A stretch of DNA of 64,000 nucleotides from positions 130,714 to 194,713 of the forward strand of contig CBDEUM010000039.1 in the NCBI GenBank assembly GCA_965242925.1, given 5' to 3'. Within the stretch, counting starts at the first letter, position 1, and the number at the start of each line of letters is the position of its first letter. This DNA comes from Roseibacillus sp. Lineage in GTDB: Bacteria > Verrucomicrobiota > Verrucomicrobiia > Verrucomicrobiales > Akkermansiaceae. The position numbers and the translations under genes were made by a program. Below the pieces are notes generated by a model. The model saw only the letters and a list, made by a program, of their open reading frames with translations, did no database searches and was not told where the DNA came from. Shown here piece after piece: positions 31,356 to 40,976 of this stretch.

Positions 31356-32722
31356 AGCATCCCTTCATCAGCCGCCGCGATTTCCTGCAAAAAGCCTCGC
31401 TCGGCTTCGGTAGCCTGGCCCTGTCCAGCTTGTACGGAGCACCGGTGATTCCCCATTACCGGCCGCGCGCAAAGAATGTGATATTTCTCTTCATGGAGGG
31501 CGGGGTTTCCCAGGTCGACTCCTTCGACTACAAGCCGATACTGGCCAAGTATCACGGGAAGGATCCGCGCAAGGTCATCGGCAAGATTGAGGCCACCCAG
31601 TTCGGGAATGTAGGAAAGGTGATGAAGTCCCCCTGGGCGTTCAAGCAACGCGGACAATGCGAGGCTTGGATCAGCGAGTTGTTTCCTCACATGGCCGAAC
31701 TGGCCGACGAGCTGGCAATCATTCGGTCGATGACCTCCAATTTCCCGGAGCACGCCACCGCCTGTTACTACATTCACAGCGGATTGGGCCTGCAGGGACG
31801 GCCGAGCATGGGAGCATGGGCAACCTACGGGCTGGGCAGCGAGAACGAAAACCTTCCCGGCTACCTTGTGCTCAACGGCGGTCACATCCCCGCCGGCGGC
31901 CTGGATAATTTTTCCAATAGCTTTCTTCCTGCGACCCACCGCGGAAACCTGTTGAACGTCATCGGAACCCCGCTGGCCAATGTGAATCCGAACGAGAAAT
32001 CCGACCGAGCCCAGGAGATCAAGCGTCGCCTGGCCCAGAAACTGAATCGGGACACGGCTGGGGGTGTCGATGCCCTCGAATCGGCGATTGCCAACCACGA
32101 ACTGGCAGCCCGGATGCAACTGGCCATCCCTGAGGTCATGTCTCTGGATGGGGAAACCGAAGCCACCAAAAAGCTTTATGGCTTCGATGCCAAAGACAAG
32201 CACACACAGACCTATGCGCGGGAATGCCTGCTCGCCCGGCGACTGATCGAGCGGGATGTACGCTTCGTCGAGTTGACCATTCCCATAGCGAGATCGGAGC
32301 GTTGGGATGCACACAATGACCTGGTGACCAATCACAGCGCAAACGCGCGTGCAGTGGACCAGCCCATCGCCGGCCTGATCCGCGACTTGAAGTCACGCGG
32401 CCTGCTGGATGAAACCCTGGTCGTCTGGTCCGGGGAATTCGGGCGCACCCCCTTTGCCCAGGGGGGAAAGGGGCGGGATCACAACGAATACGGATTCAGC
32501 CTCTGGATGGCCGGGGGTGGGATCAAGCCCGGCGTGACCTATGGCGCAACCGACGACTGGGGCTACAAGGCGGTGGATAAGCCATTACAAATACACGATC
32601 TCCACGCCACCATTCTGCACCTGCTCGGGATCGACCACGAGAAGTTGACCTACCGCTTCAGTGGCCGTGACATTCGACTGACCGATGTACATGGGCACGT
32701 CATCGAGGATATCCTGTTGTGA
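31352..32722 (+). CDS. DUF1501 family protein, Tat signal
   Basis: SRRDFL, GGVSQVDSFDYKP, WDAH, EFGRTP, GRDH; ATGA overlap with the upstream gene. Confidence 0.92.
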   Translation: MKHPFISRRDFLQKASLGFGSLALSSLYGAPVIPHYRPRAKNVIFLFMEGGVSQVDSFDYKPILAKYHGKDPRKVIGKIEATQFGNVGKVMKSPWAFKQRGQCEAWISELFPHMAELADELAIIRSMTSNFPEHATACYYIHSGLGLQGRPSMGAWATYGLGSENENLPGYLVLNGGHIPAGGLDNFSNSFLPATHRGNLLNVIGTPLANVNPNEKSDRAQEIKRRLAQKLNRDTAGGVDALESAIANHELAARMQLAIPEVMSLDGETEATKKLYGFDAKDKHTQTYARECLLARRLIERDVRFVELTIPIARSERWDAHNDLVTNHSANARAVDQPIAGLIRDLKSRGLLDETLVVWSGEFGRTPFAQGGKGRDHNEYGFSLWMAGGGIKPGVTYGATDDWGYKAVDKPLQIHDLHATILHLLGIDHEKLTYRFSGRDIRLTDVHGHVIEDILL

Positions 32723-32826
32723 AGATGGTCAGATCTTGGAGCATTCGGCCTGCCCCCCACCCCGGCTCCTGGGTCTCCAGGAATCCTGGGCCCAAAAAGC
32801 GGTTTCCTACGGCTCCGCCGGCGCTC

Positions 32827-34254
32827 TCAGTAATCCTCGCCGTTAAAACTTCGGGCCACCGACTGCAGCCAGGCGTCGAGCTCGACTTGCATCTGCTTTA
32901 CCCGCTTGGGCTCCCTGCCCAAGAGGTCCCGCTCCTCCTTGTGATCGCTGGCGAGGTTGAAGAGCTCCCAGCGGGCATTTCCGGATTTCCCGCCCTGAAT
33001 CCGATGAAGTTTCCAGTCGCCACTGATCCAGGCGGCATGACCGGGAAAGGAATCGAGAGGATGCTTCGGATCGGGTAGCCGGGCAGCCTTCAAACTCGAC
33101 GGGTGGGGCTGGAGGTCCACCCCCTTTGCCTGGGCATCCAGCAACTCCCTCATCCACTTGGCGGAAGGAGTTCCGATCCCCTGGCGGGTGGTGTCCCAGA
33201 ACCCAAGCGGTTTGGCGCGCTGCTCGCTCTTCCCGTCGATGAGAGGGAGAAGACTGACCCCATCAAGGACAGGTTGCTTCTTTGGCTTCGCCCCGGTGAT
33301 TTCCAGCAAAGTGGGATAGATGTCACTGGTCGTGCAACGCATCCTGGTCACGCGCGGAGCCTTGATGCGGGCCGGCCATTCGAGGATGGCCGGGACGAGG
33401 AGGCCGCCATCATAAACCTTGCCCTTGTTACCACGGTGTCCACCGGTTGAACCGACTCTCGGCAATGCTCCATTGTCGCTGCAATACCAGAGAATGGTGT
33501 TTTCCCGAATCCCCCACTCCCCGAGCTGATCACGCAACACGCCAAAGGCCCGATCCATGCCGGTGATCTCACCCAGAAAGTGCTGATCGCGTTCCGGCAG
33601 CTTCTGATAGGGCACACGATCCCGGGCAACCGCCTGGTGCGGTCCATGAGGTGAACCGAACCAGATCACCGAAAAGAAGGGTCGATCATCCGCCACCGCT
33701 TTCTTCATGAAACTCAGTGCCAATTGCACGGTCACCATCGAACTCTCACCCCTGGTCTGCTGCGCCTTTCCCCCGAAGGAAAAGATGGGATCGTTCTCGT
33801 AGAAGTTGGGAGCACTGGCCCAGACTTCAAATCCGTTGGCTCCCGGGCTGGCAGGGCTGGCATTGCGCACAGAGCCGAGATGCCATTTCCCGAAGTGGCC
33901 GGTTCGGTAGCCATTCTCCCTGAGCACTTCCGCAATTGTCGTCTCCTGTGGGCGGATCGGATAGCCCCACTTAAAAACCCCCATCCGGTTGGGTGTACGC
34001 CCGGTCATGACGCTGGCACGAGTGGGCGAACAGACCGGCGCGGCTGCATAGAATCGATCGAAACGCAGGCCCTCCCTGGCAGCCTTATCGAATTGGGGCG
34101 TTACGAGATGCGGATGCCCATTGTAGGCCATGTCTCCCCAGCCCTGGTCATCCGCCATCACCAGCACGATATTCGGCCGGGCTGCTGTGTCCGCCTGACT
34201 GGCAAGACAGGACAGGAGAAGGAGGAGAACCGGGAGTCTCTTTTTCATGGGCAT
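32827..34254 (-). CDS. Cys-type formylglycine sulfatase (S1 family), secreted
   Basis: PNIVLVMADDQG, CSPTRASVMTGR, GKWHLG, SDNG. Confidence 0.93.
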   Translation of the reverse strand: MPMKKRLPVLLLLLSCLASQADTAARPNIVLVMADDQGWGDMAYNGHPHLVTPQFDKAAREGLRFDRFYAAAPVCSPTRASVMTGRTPNRMGVFKWGYPIRPQETTIAEVLRENGYRTGHFGKWHLGSVRNASPASPGANGFEVWASAPNFYENDPIFSFGGKAQQTRGESSMVTVQLALSFMKKAVADDRPFFSVIWFGSPHGPHQAVARDRVPYQKLPERDQHFLGEITGMDRAFGVLRDQLGEWGIRENTILWYCSDNGALPRVGSTGGHRGNKGKVYDGGLLVPAILEWPARIKAPRVTRMRCTTSDIYPTLLEITGAKPKKQPVLDGVSLLPLIDGKSEQRAKPLGFWDTTRQGIGTPSAKWMRELLDAQAKGVDLQPHPSSLKAARLPDPKHPLDSFPGHAAWISGDWKLHRIQGGKSGNARWELFNLASDHKEERDLLGREPKRVKQMQVELDAWLQSVARSFNGEDY

Positions 34255-34337
34255 TGAATACATCCAGGGAACAAGCACCCGCAAGAACCGCAATCGAATT
34301 CATTCCAATGCGGTCGGATCCCCGCCCGTTGACGCCC

Positions 34338-35969
34338 CTACGGGACAGTCACCACAATGTCGTCAATATACCACCCGGCAAAGTTTTCGATATCGTCTGA
34401 CTGGAAGCGAAACTCCATCCTGATGTTTTTGCCGAGCGCTTCGGCAGGCAGGCTCTTGCTGAATTCGGTCCAGGATTCTCCCAGGCCGTCGATGGACGAT
34501 TCCACGGTTCCGAGGATCGAGTCGTCGGCGGCATCGAGGACCCTGATCACTCCCTCGTCGAATCCCTGCTCCATATCGGCGAACTGAAACAAGCGCAGCG
34601 TGGCCCCGCCGGCCTCGGTCAAATCTATGACCGGTGAACGCAGCCAGACATCCGCTTCCTGGGTGTAGTTTGCGGAGATATTGGTTCCAAAGCAGTTGGC
34701 CGGGCTATTGGCCGCAGCGGGGCCAACCACGGAGGGCGATCCAAGTTCCCAATTCGTCGTGGAGTTGCCAACCGATCCGATGGTCCAGTCACCCTGCCCA
34801 TTCTCAAAATCGTCCGAAAAGACGGTCACCGGCGGCGCGTTGAATCCTTCGATGACAAACAGCCGTTTCTGATCGGCCGGAAGGGGAATGGCCAGGGTGT
34901 TCTCCGGTGGAGTGGCAACCAGATCGGCATTCGCTCCAAACACGGGCCAGTCAAAAGGATTCGATGCCCCGGGCTCGGACGCGCTCAGAAGATTGTAGAG
35001 CTTCCCTCTCCGGCTTTCCCACTTGATGACAAACTGCCCGTCGTCGACTGAGATTTTCGTCACCTCGATTCGCTGAGGTTTCGCGTTGATCGCCGCCTGC
35101 CAGAGAGAAAGAATCTCTTCGTCCGTGAGCACCCGATCCAGCCAGATCGCGACCTCATCCTGGCCGCCTGAATGGGTGGTGGTGTCGGTCGCACTGGAAC
35201 GACGTCCCCCGATCTTCGCCATCCCGGTGTCGGTGCCCCACCCGGTAGTGTCCGGTTGCAGGTTGCTCGTGCGATCTACCCCGTTGACCCACATCCGGAA
35301 ATTGGAGGCCCGTTCCGTCCCGGTTTGACCCTCGGTGGATACCACCACGTGGAACCACCCGGAGTTCGCCTGAAGAAAGCGCCTGTCGGGACCGCTGTTG
35401 TCCTCCTGGTAAAGGGTTCTCTCCGCGTTAATCCCTGCCTGGCTCGGGTCCACGGCAAGAACGGGCCCATTGTTGCCGATGTTGAGTTGAAAGCTCCTGG
35501 TTGGATCGGTCAGGTTATTGGTGAACACGCGGTCCCCACCCTGAGCGCCCTCCCCCGCCTTGACAAAGAGGGCTACCGTCATGGCGTTCGCCCCGAAGGC
35601 ATTGCCATCGCCAAGGGTGACGTGCCCGGCATTATTGCTGTGGTGGGCCACGTTTCCCTCGCCCAGTCCTAATACCGGAACCCCGGCAGGATCGTCTGCG
35701 CTGAAAACGGCGGAAGGTCCCGGAGCTCCCACCATGGCCGGACCATTGGCATAATCGCCATTAAACGTGCCGTTGGCTGCCGCGTTTCCCATGCTGTCAA
35801 TCGCTCCGCCCACTGGATCGATCTCATTGAGTTCGTAGTAGTAGGTCGGCTGCAATCTCTTGACGGCGTTCTGGTAGTTCTCGGCGACTGCGGACGGCCC
35901 CATCAATCCGCTCGCCAGAAACACCAATGCGACCTTCCGATTTCGTGCGATTCTCATCCTGCGCTTCAT
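34338..35969 (-). CDS. Secreted LamG-like jelly-roll protein with shared C-terminal module and jelly-roll domain
   Basis: Signal peptide; PTYYYELNE, WFHVVV..MWVNG..DEVAIWLDRVLTDEEI (LamG); C-terminal FSDDFENG..GWYIDDI. Confidence 0.8.
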   Translation of the reverse strand: MKRRMRIARNRKVALVFLASGLMGPSAVAENYQNAVKRLQPTYYYELNEIDPVGGAIDSMGNAAANGTFNGDYANGPAMVGAPGPSAVFSADDPAGVPVLGLGEGNVAHHSNNAGHVTLGDGNAFGANAMTVALFVKAGEGAQGGDRVFTNNLTDPTRSFQLNIGNNGPVLAVDPSQAGINAERTLYQEDNSGPDRRFLQANSGWFHVVVSTEGQTGTERASNFRMWVNGVDRTSNLQPDTTGWGTDTGMAKIGGRRSSATDTTTHSGGQDEVAIWLDRVLTDEEILSLWQAAINAKPQRIEVTKISVDDGQFVIKWESRRGKLYNLLSASEPGASNPFDWPVFGANADLVATPPENTLAIPLPADQKRLFVIEGFNAPPVTVFSDDFENGQGDWTIGSVGNSTTNWELGSPSVVGPAAANSPANCFGTNISANYTQEADVWLRSPVIDLTEAGGATLRLFQFADMEQGFDEGVIRVLDAADDSILGTVESSIDGLGESWTEFSKSLPAEALGKNIRMEFRFQSDDIENFAGWYIDDIVVTVP

Positions 35970-36366
35970 CGTCCTTGAGTTTCAACAGGGATCCTTGTGC
36001 CACAAGGTAATTCATCTGATGTCGCGAACAGCGAGGATGAGGAATACTGGCCTGGCCTCAACCCACTCCATGGACAGGAGAAATCCCAGTATACCCTCAG
36101 TCCCGAAGGGTTCCGTTCCCCAACTACTGATGGCCGGGTGGTCTTCCCTCTCATCCACCTGAATCCGTTCAGAAAAGAAAGGCGCCGGCACGATTGTGGC
36201 AGGGCTCACCAGCTCTGCATCCCCGGAAACCCCTGAATCCCGGGTGGCAAAGGAACTTCCTCGTCGTGATGACCTCCAGGGCCCTCCCTTTCGTAACCGT
36301 CGGGGCTCTTCATAACATTTCAAGCATCGACTCGCCTCCGGCATATCACGCGCATACCCTACCTGC

Positions 36367-39300
36367 ATGCCCAGACACACTTGGCTTCGTGCAGCGATTC
36401 TCATCCTCATCGCCGCCTCGTCCGTCCACTCCGCCGAACCCGCTCCCACCGACGATCCGGGCGTGCCGTTCCAACTCGTCAATGGCGACACGGTGGTATT
36501 CATCGGCTCCGAGTTCACCGAGCAACGCATCAGGCACAACCACCTTGAGGCGGCGCTGACCTCGCGGTGGCCTGACCGTGGACTGCGCTTCTACAACCTC
36601 GGATGGTCCGGCGACACGCCCGCAGCCGCCTCGCGCGGTTATTTCGGCGGCGCCGCCGAGGGCTACCGCCGCCTCATGGACGAGCTCAAGCGAATCAAGC
36701 CGTCCGTCGTCTTTCTCGAGTACGGAGCCATCGCAGCCTACGACGGGCCCGAAGGCGTGCAGCCGTTCCTCGCCCGGCTCGACAAGCTCGTGACCGACGT
36801 CCGCAAGCTCACCGGGCGCATCGTGATCGTCACTCCCCCGCCGGTCGAAACCAAACCCCGGGTCCGCGAGGCAATCGCCACCCTGCGGTCGAATCGCGCT
36901 GCGATCACCAACGCGCTGCTCGGGTATGCCCGCGATCGCGGGTTCCGCGCCGTCGACCTCTTTCGTGCAGGCTTCCCCGGGGAAGGGAACACCGGACACA
37001 CGCACGACGGCATCCGCCTCAGGGAGAAAGCCTACGCCGCAATGGCCGGCAGAGCCCTGGCCGAACTGAAGGTTGAAGCTCCGGGGCTTTCTCCCGACAA
37101 AGCCGCCAGGCTCCGCGAGCTGGTCGCGAGGAAGAACGATCTCTACTTCCACCGCTATCGCCCGCAGAACGAGACCTACCTGCGGGGGTTCCGCAAGCAC
37201 GAACAGGGAAAGAACGCGAGGGAGATTCCGCTCTTCGACGCCATGATCGCCCAGGCCGAGGCGCGCATCGCCGCATTCACGCAGGGCAAACCGTTACCAC
37301 TGGCACCGGAGGCGATTCCGCCGGCCCCCCGCACCGTTGACGCCCTCGACCCCGAGGACGAACGCAGGGAGCTGAAGGTTCCCCCGGAATTCACAATCTC
37401 GTTGTTCGCTGCCGAGCCAATGGTCAAGAACCCGATCCACATGAACTGGGATGCGCGGGGGCGACTGTGGGTCGCGACGAGCCCGATCTATCCGCACATC
37501 ATGCCGGGTGCCAGGCCGAGCGATGAAATCATCGTCCTTGAAGACACCAACGGAGACGGGCGGGCGGACAAGCGAATCGTTTTCGCCGACGACCTCCTGA
37601 TTCCCACCGCGGTGCTGCCGGACGATCGCGGCGGAGCCTACGTGGCCAACTCCACCGAGGTGGTGCACCTGAGCGATACCGACGGGGATGGCAGGGCCGA
37701 TGCGCGGCGGGTTGTCCTCGCCGGGTTCGGCACGGAGGACACCCACCACATCCTGCACACTTTCATGTGGGGTCCGGACGGGGCGCTCTACTTCAACCAG
37801 TCCATCTATATCCACACCCACACTGAAACCCCCCACGGGGTCGAACGGCTGATGGGATCGGGCATCTGGCGGTTACAGACCGACACGCACAAGGCTGAAA
37901 TCGTGTCACGCGGACTGGTCAACCCGTGGGGACACGGATTCAACCGCTGGGGCCAGTCCTTCGCCACCGATGGCGCGGGTGGTCACGGCATCAACTACGC
38001 CTTCCGCGGATCGGCATTCGCGACCGCGAACGGTTACCGCCGGGTCCTGCCCGGCCTCAACCCCGGTCGACCTAAATACTGCGGGCTCGTCGTGATCAGT
38101 GGCCGCGGTTTCCCCGACGACTGGCAGGACACCCTCGTCGCCAACGATTTCCGCGGCAACCGGACCCACCGGTTCGCGCTTGAGTCGCAGGACTCGGGCT
38201 ACATCTCGAAACAGCAACCGGACGTCATCACGAGCGGCCATCGCGCATTCAGGCCGGTCGACCTCAAGATGGGGCCCGATGGGGCACTCTACGTCGCCGA
38301 CTGGTACAACCCGATCATCAACCACGGCGAAGTCGACTTCCGTGACCCCCGCCGCGACACCGAACACGGGCGCATCTGGCGGCTCATCCGCACCGATGCA
38401 CCCGGGATCGAACGCGTGGATTTCGTCGGGGCATCGATCGCACAACTGGTCACCATGCTCGGTTCCCCCGAACAGTACACCCGCAACACGGCGCGCCGGC
38501 AACTCGTCCTCCGCGACGCAACGAAGGTCGCCCAGGCCCTGCGGAAAAGGCTCACATCCCTCAAACCCACCTCCGCATCCTTCGAGCACGATCGCCTTGA
38601 GATCCTGTGGGCATTCCAGACCATCGGGGTGGTAGAGCTACCGCTTTTGGACGCGGTCGCCTCATCACCGGATCATCGTGCTCGCGCCACCGCGATGCGG
38701 GTCATCGACGACTGGGGACCACGCTCGGACGGCGGGATCGAACGGCTCAGGCGCGGTGTCGCCGATGAGCATCCGCAGGTGCGGCTCGAAGCGGTCAATA
38801 CCGCCCGCTACTTCGACTCCGACGAGGCGGCATCAATCGCCCTTGGCGCGCTCAATCGTAACATGGACCAGTACCTCGACTTCGCCTTATGGGAGACGAT
38901 GCGGCGACTCGAACATCGCTGGCTCCCGAAGTTCCTTGCCGGCAGACAAACCTTCGGAGGTGATCCAAAACAGGTTGCCTTCGCGATCAAGGCCGTCGAG
39001 AAGCCGCAGGCATTGAATCCCCTGGTGCAACTGCTCGCGGCCGGGAAGCTCGACGCGAAGGCAACACGCGACGCAATCGCGCTCGTTGGCGAGATGGGCA
39101 CGCCCGGTCACCTGACTGTCCTCTACGAACGGGCCTTGACCGATCCCGCGTTGCGCACGACGGCGCTGGCCGCACTCGTCACCGCCAGCGCCCGTGCGAA
39201 GCCCGGGGCTGACCTCTCGCGTATATCCGAGATGCTCGACCAGCCGCAGGCCGCCCACCTCGCGGGAATCTGGCGCGTGGAGGCGACCAAGCCCAAACTG

Positions 39301-40566
39301 ATCGCTCTTGCCAAGGGGCCCAGGACGAACGAGCCCCTTCGCTGGGGCGCTCTCATGGGGCTCGCAGCCTTCGGTGATGGTGCAATGTTGTCCCAAATCG
39401 CCGGAAGCGCTCAGCCGGTCGGGCAGCGACGCCAGGCGATCCAGGCACTTGTTCCCCTTGATCCCACCGCCGCCGCCTCCCCTGCTGCAAAGCTGTTGTC
39501 GAACCCCGCAGCCGAACCGGAAACCGAGGCAATCGTCCACGCCTTCCTCTCGCACAAGAACGGACCGACCGCCCTCACCGCTGCCCTGAAGGGCCAACCG
39601 ATCCCGCCGGCGGTCGCGACCCTCGGTCTCCGGCAGGCGACAACCGCGGGCAAGCGCGGAGAGGCGCTCGCTTCCATCTTCTCCACCTCGGCGTCACCTG
39701 TAAAAATGCCCCAGAAACTGACGCCCCGAGAGATCGCGCAACTCGTGAAGGACGTGGCGGCCGCGGGCGATCCTGCCCGGGGCGAAGCGATCTATCGGCG
39801 TCCCGCGCTGGCATGCATGGCCTGCCATGCGATCGCCGGGGGCGGCGGGAAGGTCGGCCCCGACATGGTTTCGCTCGGGGCCAGCTCCCCCGTCGACTAC
39901 ATCGTCGATTCACTGCTGTCACCCTCGGCGAAGATCAAGGAAGGATACCACACCGTCGCGGTGACAATGAAGAACGGCACCGCAATCTCCGGCACGCTCG
40001 TCCGCGAGGGCGGCGGCAGCATCGTCGTCCGTGACGGCACGGGCAAGGAGATCGAGATCGCGGACGCCCGGGTTCAATCAAAGACGATCGTCCCGGTTTC
40101 GCTGATGCCCCCGGCCTTGACCGCTTCGCTCAAGCGCAGCGAATTCCTTGACCTCGTCGCCTACCTCTCGTCTCTCGGCCGGGACGGCGCCTACAAGGCC
40201 CCACCGAACGCGTTCGTCCGGCGATGGGAGATCGGGGACAAGGTCACCTTCAGCCGCGTCGACGGATCCCTCCCCCCGGCCGAGATCAAGGGCAGGACCC
40301 TGCGTTACACGATCGAAGTGACGGCCCCCGGAAGGATCGCGATGCTGCTGGACGATTCGACCAGCGTGATCGTCAAGCGGGTCGGCGATGAAGGCATCAT
40401 CAGGGGGGAACTTTACAAAATCCTCGGTGCCCACATGGTGCTCGATCTGCCGAAGGGGCGTCACTCTTTTGACGTGCAGGTCATGTCCCGCCGGCAGGTT
40501 CCGCTCCGGATCGAAGTGGTCGAGGTGCCCGGATCGACCGGTCGGGCGACGCCGGTGAACGAGTGA
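36367..40566 (+). CDS. PVC-type heme-binding CxxCH protein: SGNH-like domain, putative dehydrogenase propeller, HEAT repeats, cytochrome c
   Basis: FYNLGWSGDT; LFAAEPMVKNPIHMNWDARGRLWV; FRPVDLKMGPDGALYVADWYN; GDPARGEAIY..CMACH..VGPD. Confidence 0.9.
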   Translation: MPRHTWLRAAILILIAASSVHSAEPAPTDDPGVPFQLVNGDTVVFIGSEFTEQRIRHNHLEAALTSRWPDRGLRFYNLGWSGDTPAAASRGYFGGAAEGYRRLMDELKRIKPSVVFLEYGAIAAYDGPEGVQPFLARLDKLVTDVRKLTGRIVIVTPPPVETKPRVREAIATLRSNRAAITNALLGYARDRGFRAVDLFRAGFPGEGNTGHTHDGIRLREKAYAAMAGRALAELKVEAPGLSPDKAARLRELVARKNDLYFHRYRPQNETYLRGFRKHEQGKNAREIPLFDAMIAQAEARIAAFTQGKPLPLAPEAIPPAPRTVDALDPEDERRELKVPPEFTISLFAAEPMVKNPIHMNWDARGRLWVATSPIYPHIMPGARPSDEIIVLEDTNGDGRADKRIVFADDLLIPTAVLPDDRGGAYVANSTEVVHLSDTDGDGRADARRVVLAGFGTEDTHHILHTFMWGPDGALYFNQSIYIHTHTETPHGVERLMGSGIWRLQTDTHKAEIVSRGLVNPWGHGFNRWGQSFATDGAGGHGINYAFRGSAFATANGYRRVLPGLNPGRPKYCGLVVISGRGFPDDWQDTLVANDFRGNRTHRFALESQDSGYISKQQPDVITSGHRAFRPVDLKMGPDGALYVADWYNPIINHGEVDFRDPRRDTEHGRIWRLIRTDAPGIERVDFVGASIAQLVTMLGSPEQYTRNTARRQLVLRDATKVAQALRKRLTSLKPTSASFEHDRLEILWAFQTIGVVELPLLDAVASSPDHRARATAMRVIDDWGPRSDGGIERLRRGVADEHPQVRLEAVNTARYFDSDEAASIALGALNRNMDQYLDFALWETMRRLEHRWLPKFLAGRQTFGGDPKQVAFAIKAVEKPQALNPLVQLLAAGKLDAKATRDAIALVGEMGTPGHLTVLYERALTDPALRTTALAALVTASARAKPGADLSRISEMLDQPQAAHLAGIWRVEATKPKLIALAKGPRTNEPLRWGALMGLAAFGDGAMLSQIAGSAQPVGQRRQAIQALVPLDPTAAASPAAKLLSNPAAEPETEAIVHAFLSHKNGPTALTAALKGQPIPPAVATLGLRQATTAGKRGEALASIFSTSASPVKMPQKLTPREIAQLVKDVAAAGDPARGEAIYRRPALACMACHAIAGGGGKVGPDMVSLGASSPVDYIVDSLLSPSAKIKEGYHTVAVTMKNGTAISGTLVREGGGSIVVRDGTGKEIEIADARVQSKTIVPVSLMPPALTASLKRSEFLDLVAYLSSLGRDGAYKAPPNAFVRRWEIGDKVTFSRVDGSLPPAEIKGRTLRYTIEVTAPGRIAMLLDDSTSVIVKRVGDEGIIRGELYKILGAHMVLDLPKGRHSFDVQVMSRRQVPLRIEVVEVPGSTGRATPVNE

Positions 40567-40766
40567 TCGGATGCGGACCGTTACCAAGCTGCGATCCAGC
40601 GAGGCAATGCGAATTACAGTTAGCAGTCTATTTCCCGTTCTTGGGTTCCTGACTGCGATGGCAGTCGGTCAACAGAATCCATATCGCGATCTAAGGCCAT
40701 GCAAGGGCAAGCGCCAGACTCTGACCAAGGCCTCCGTCTCCGGCGGAAGGCATTGAGGATATGAGG

Positions 40767-40854
40767 TGGTGCGCACGAGAGGACTCGAACCTCCACGAGT
40801 TATTCACTCACTAGAACCTGAATCTAGCGCGTCTACCAATTCCGCCACGTGCGC
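40767..40854 (-). tRNA. tRNA-Leu (anticodon CAG), encoded CCA
   Basis: GCGCACG acceptor stem, TGGCGGAATTGGTAGAC D-arm, CTAGA-TTCAGGT-TCTAG anticodon arm, long variable arm, GGTTCGAGTCC T-arm, ACCA end. Confidence 0.97.
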
Positions 40855-40976
40855 TGGGAAATAGGGGCGGCAGAGAAACACTCGAAAGTCCCGATTGCAA
40901 TGCCTTTTGCACAATCCTGATCCCCGGCACCGTTTCATCATTGCAAACCGTCCTAAAGGACCAACCATCCTCCTCC

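Noticed and set aside
26830..34420. Inverted similarity between the 3' ends of the two cassette genes as an invertible segment
   Set aside because: Many differences are at synonymous positions, there is no long exact repeat, and no recombinase is nearby; this is old paralogy.
40700..40800. attL/attR duplicate of the tRNA 3' end, or an integrase
   Set aside because: No second copy noticed by eye and no recombinase ORF in the window; only a computational search could exclude a short repeat.
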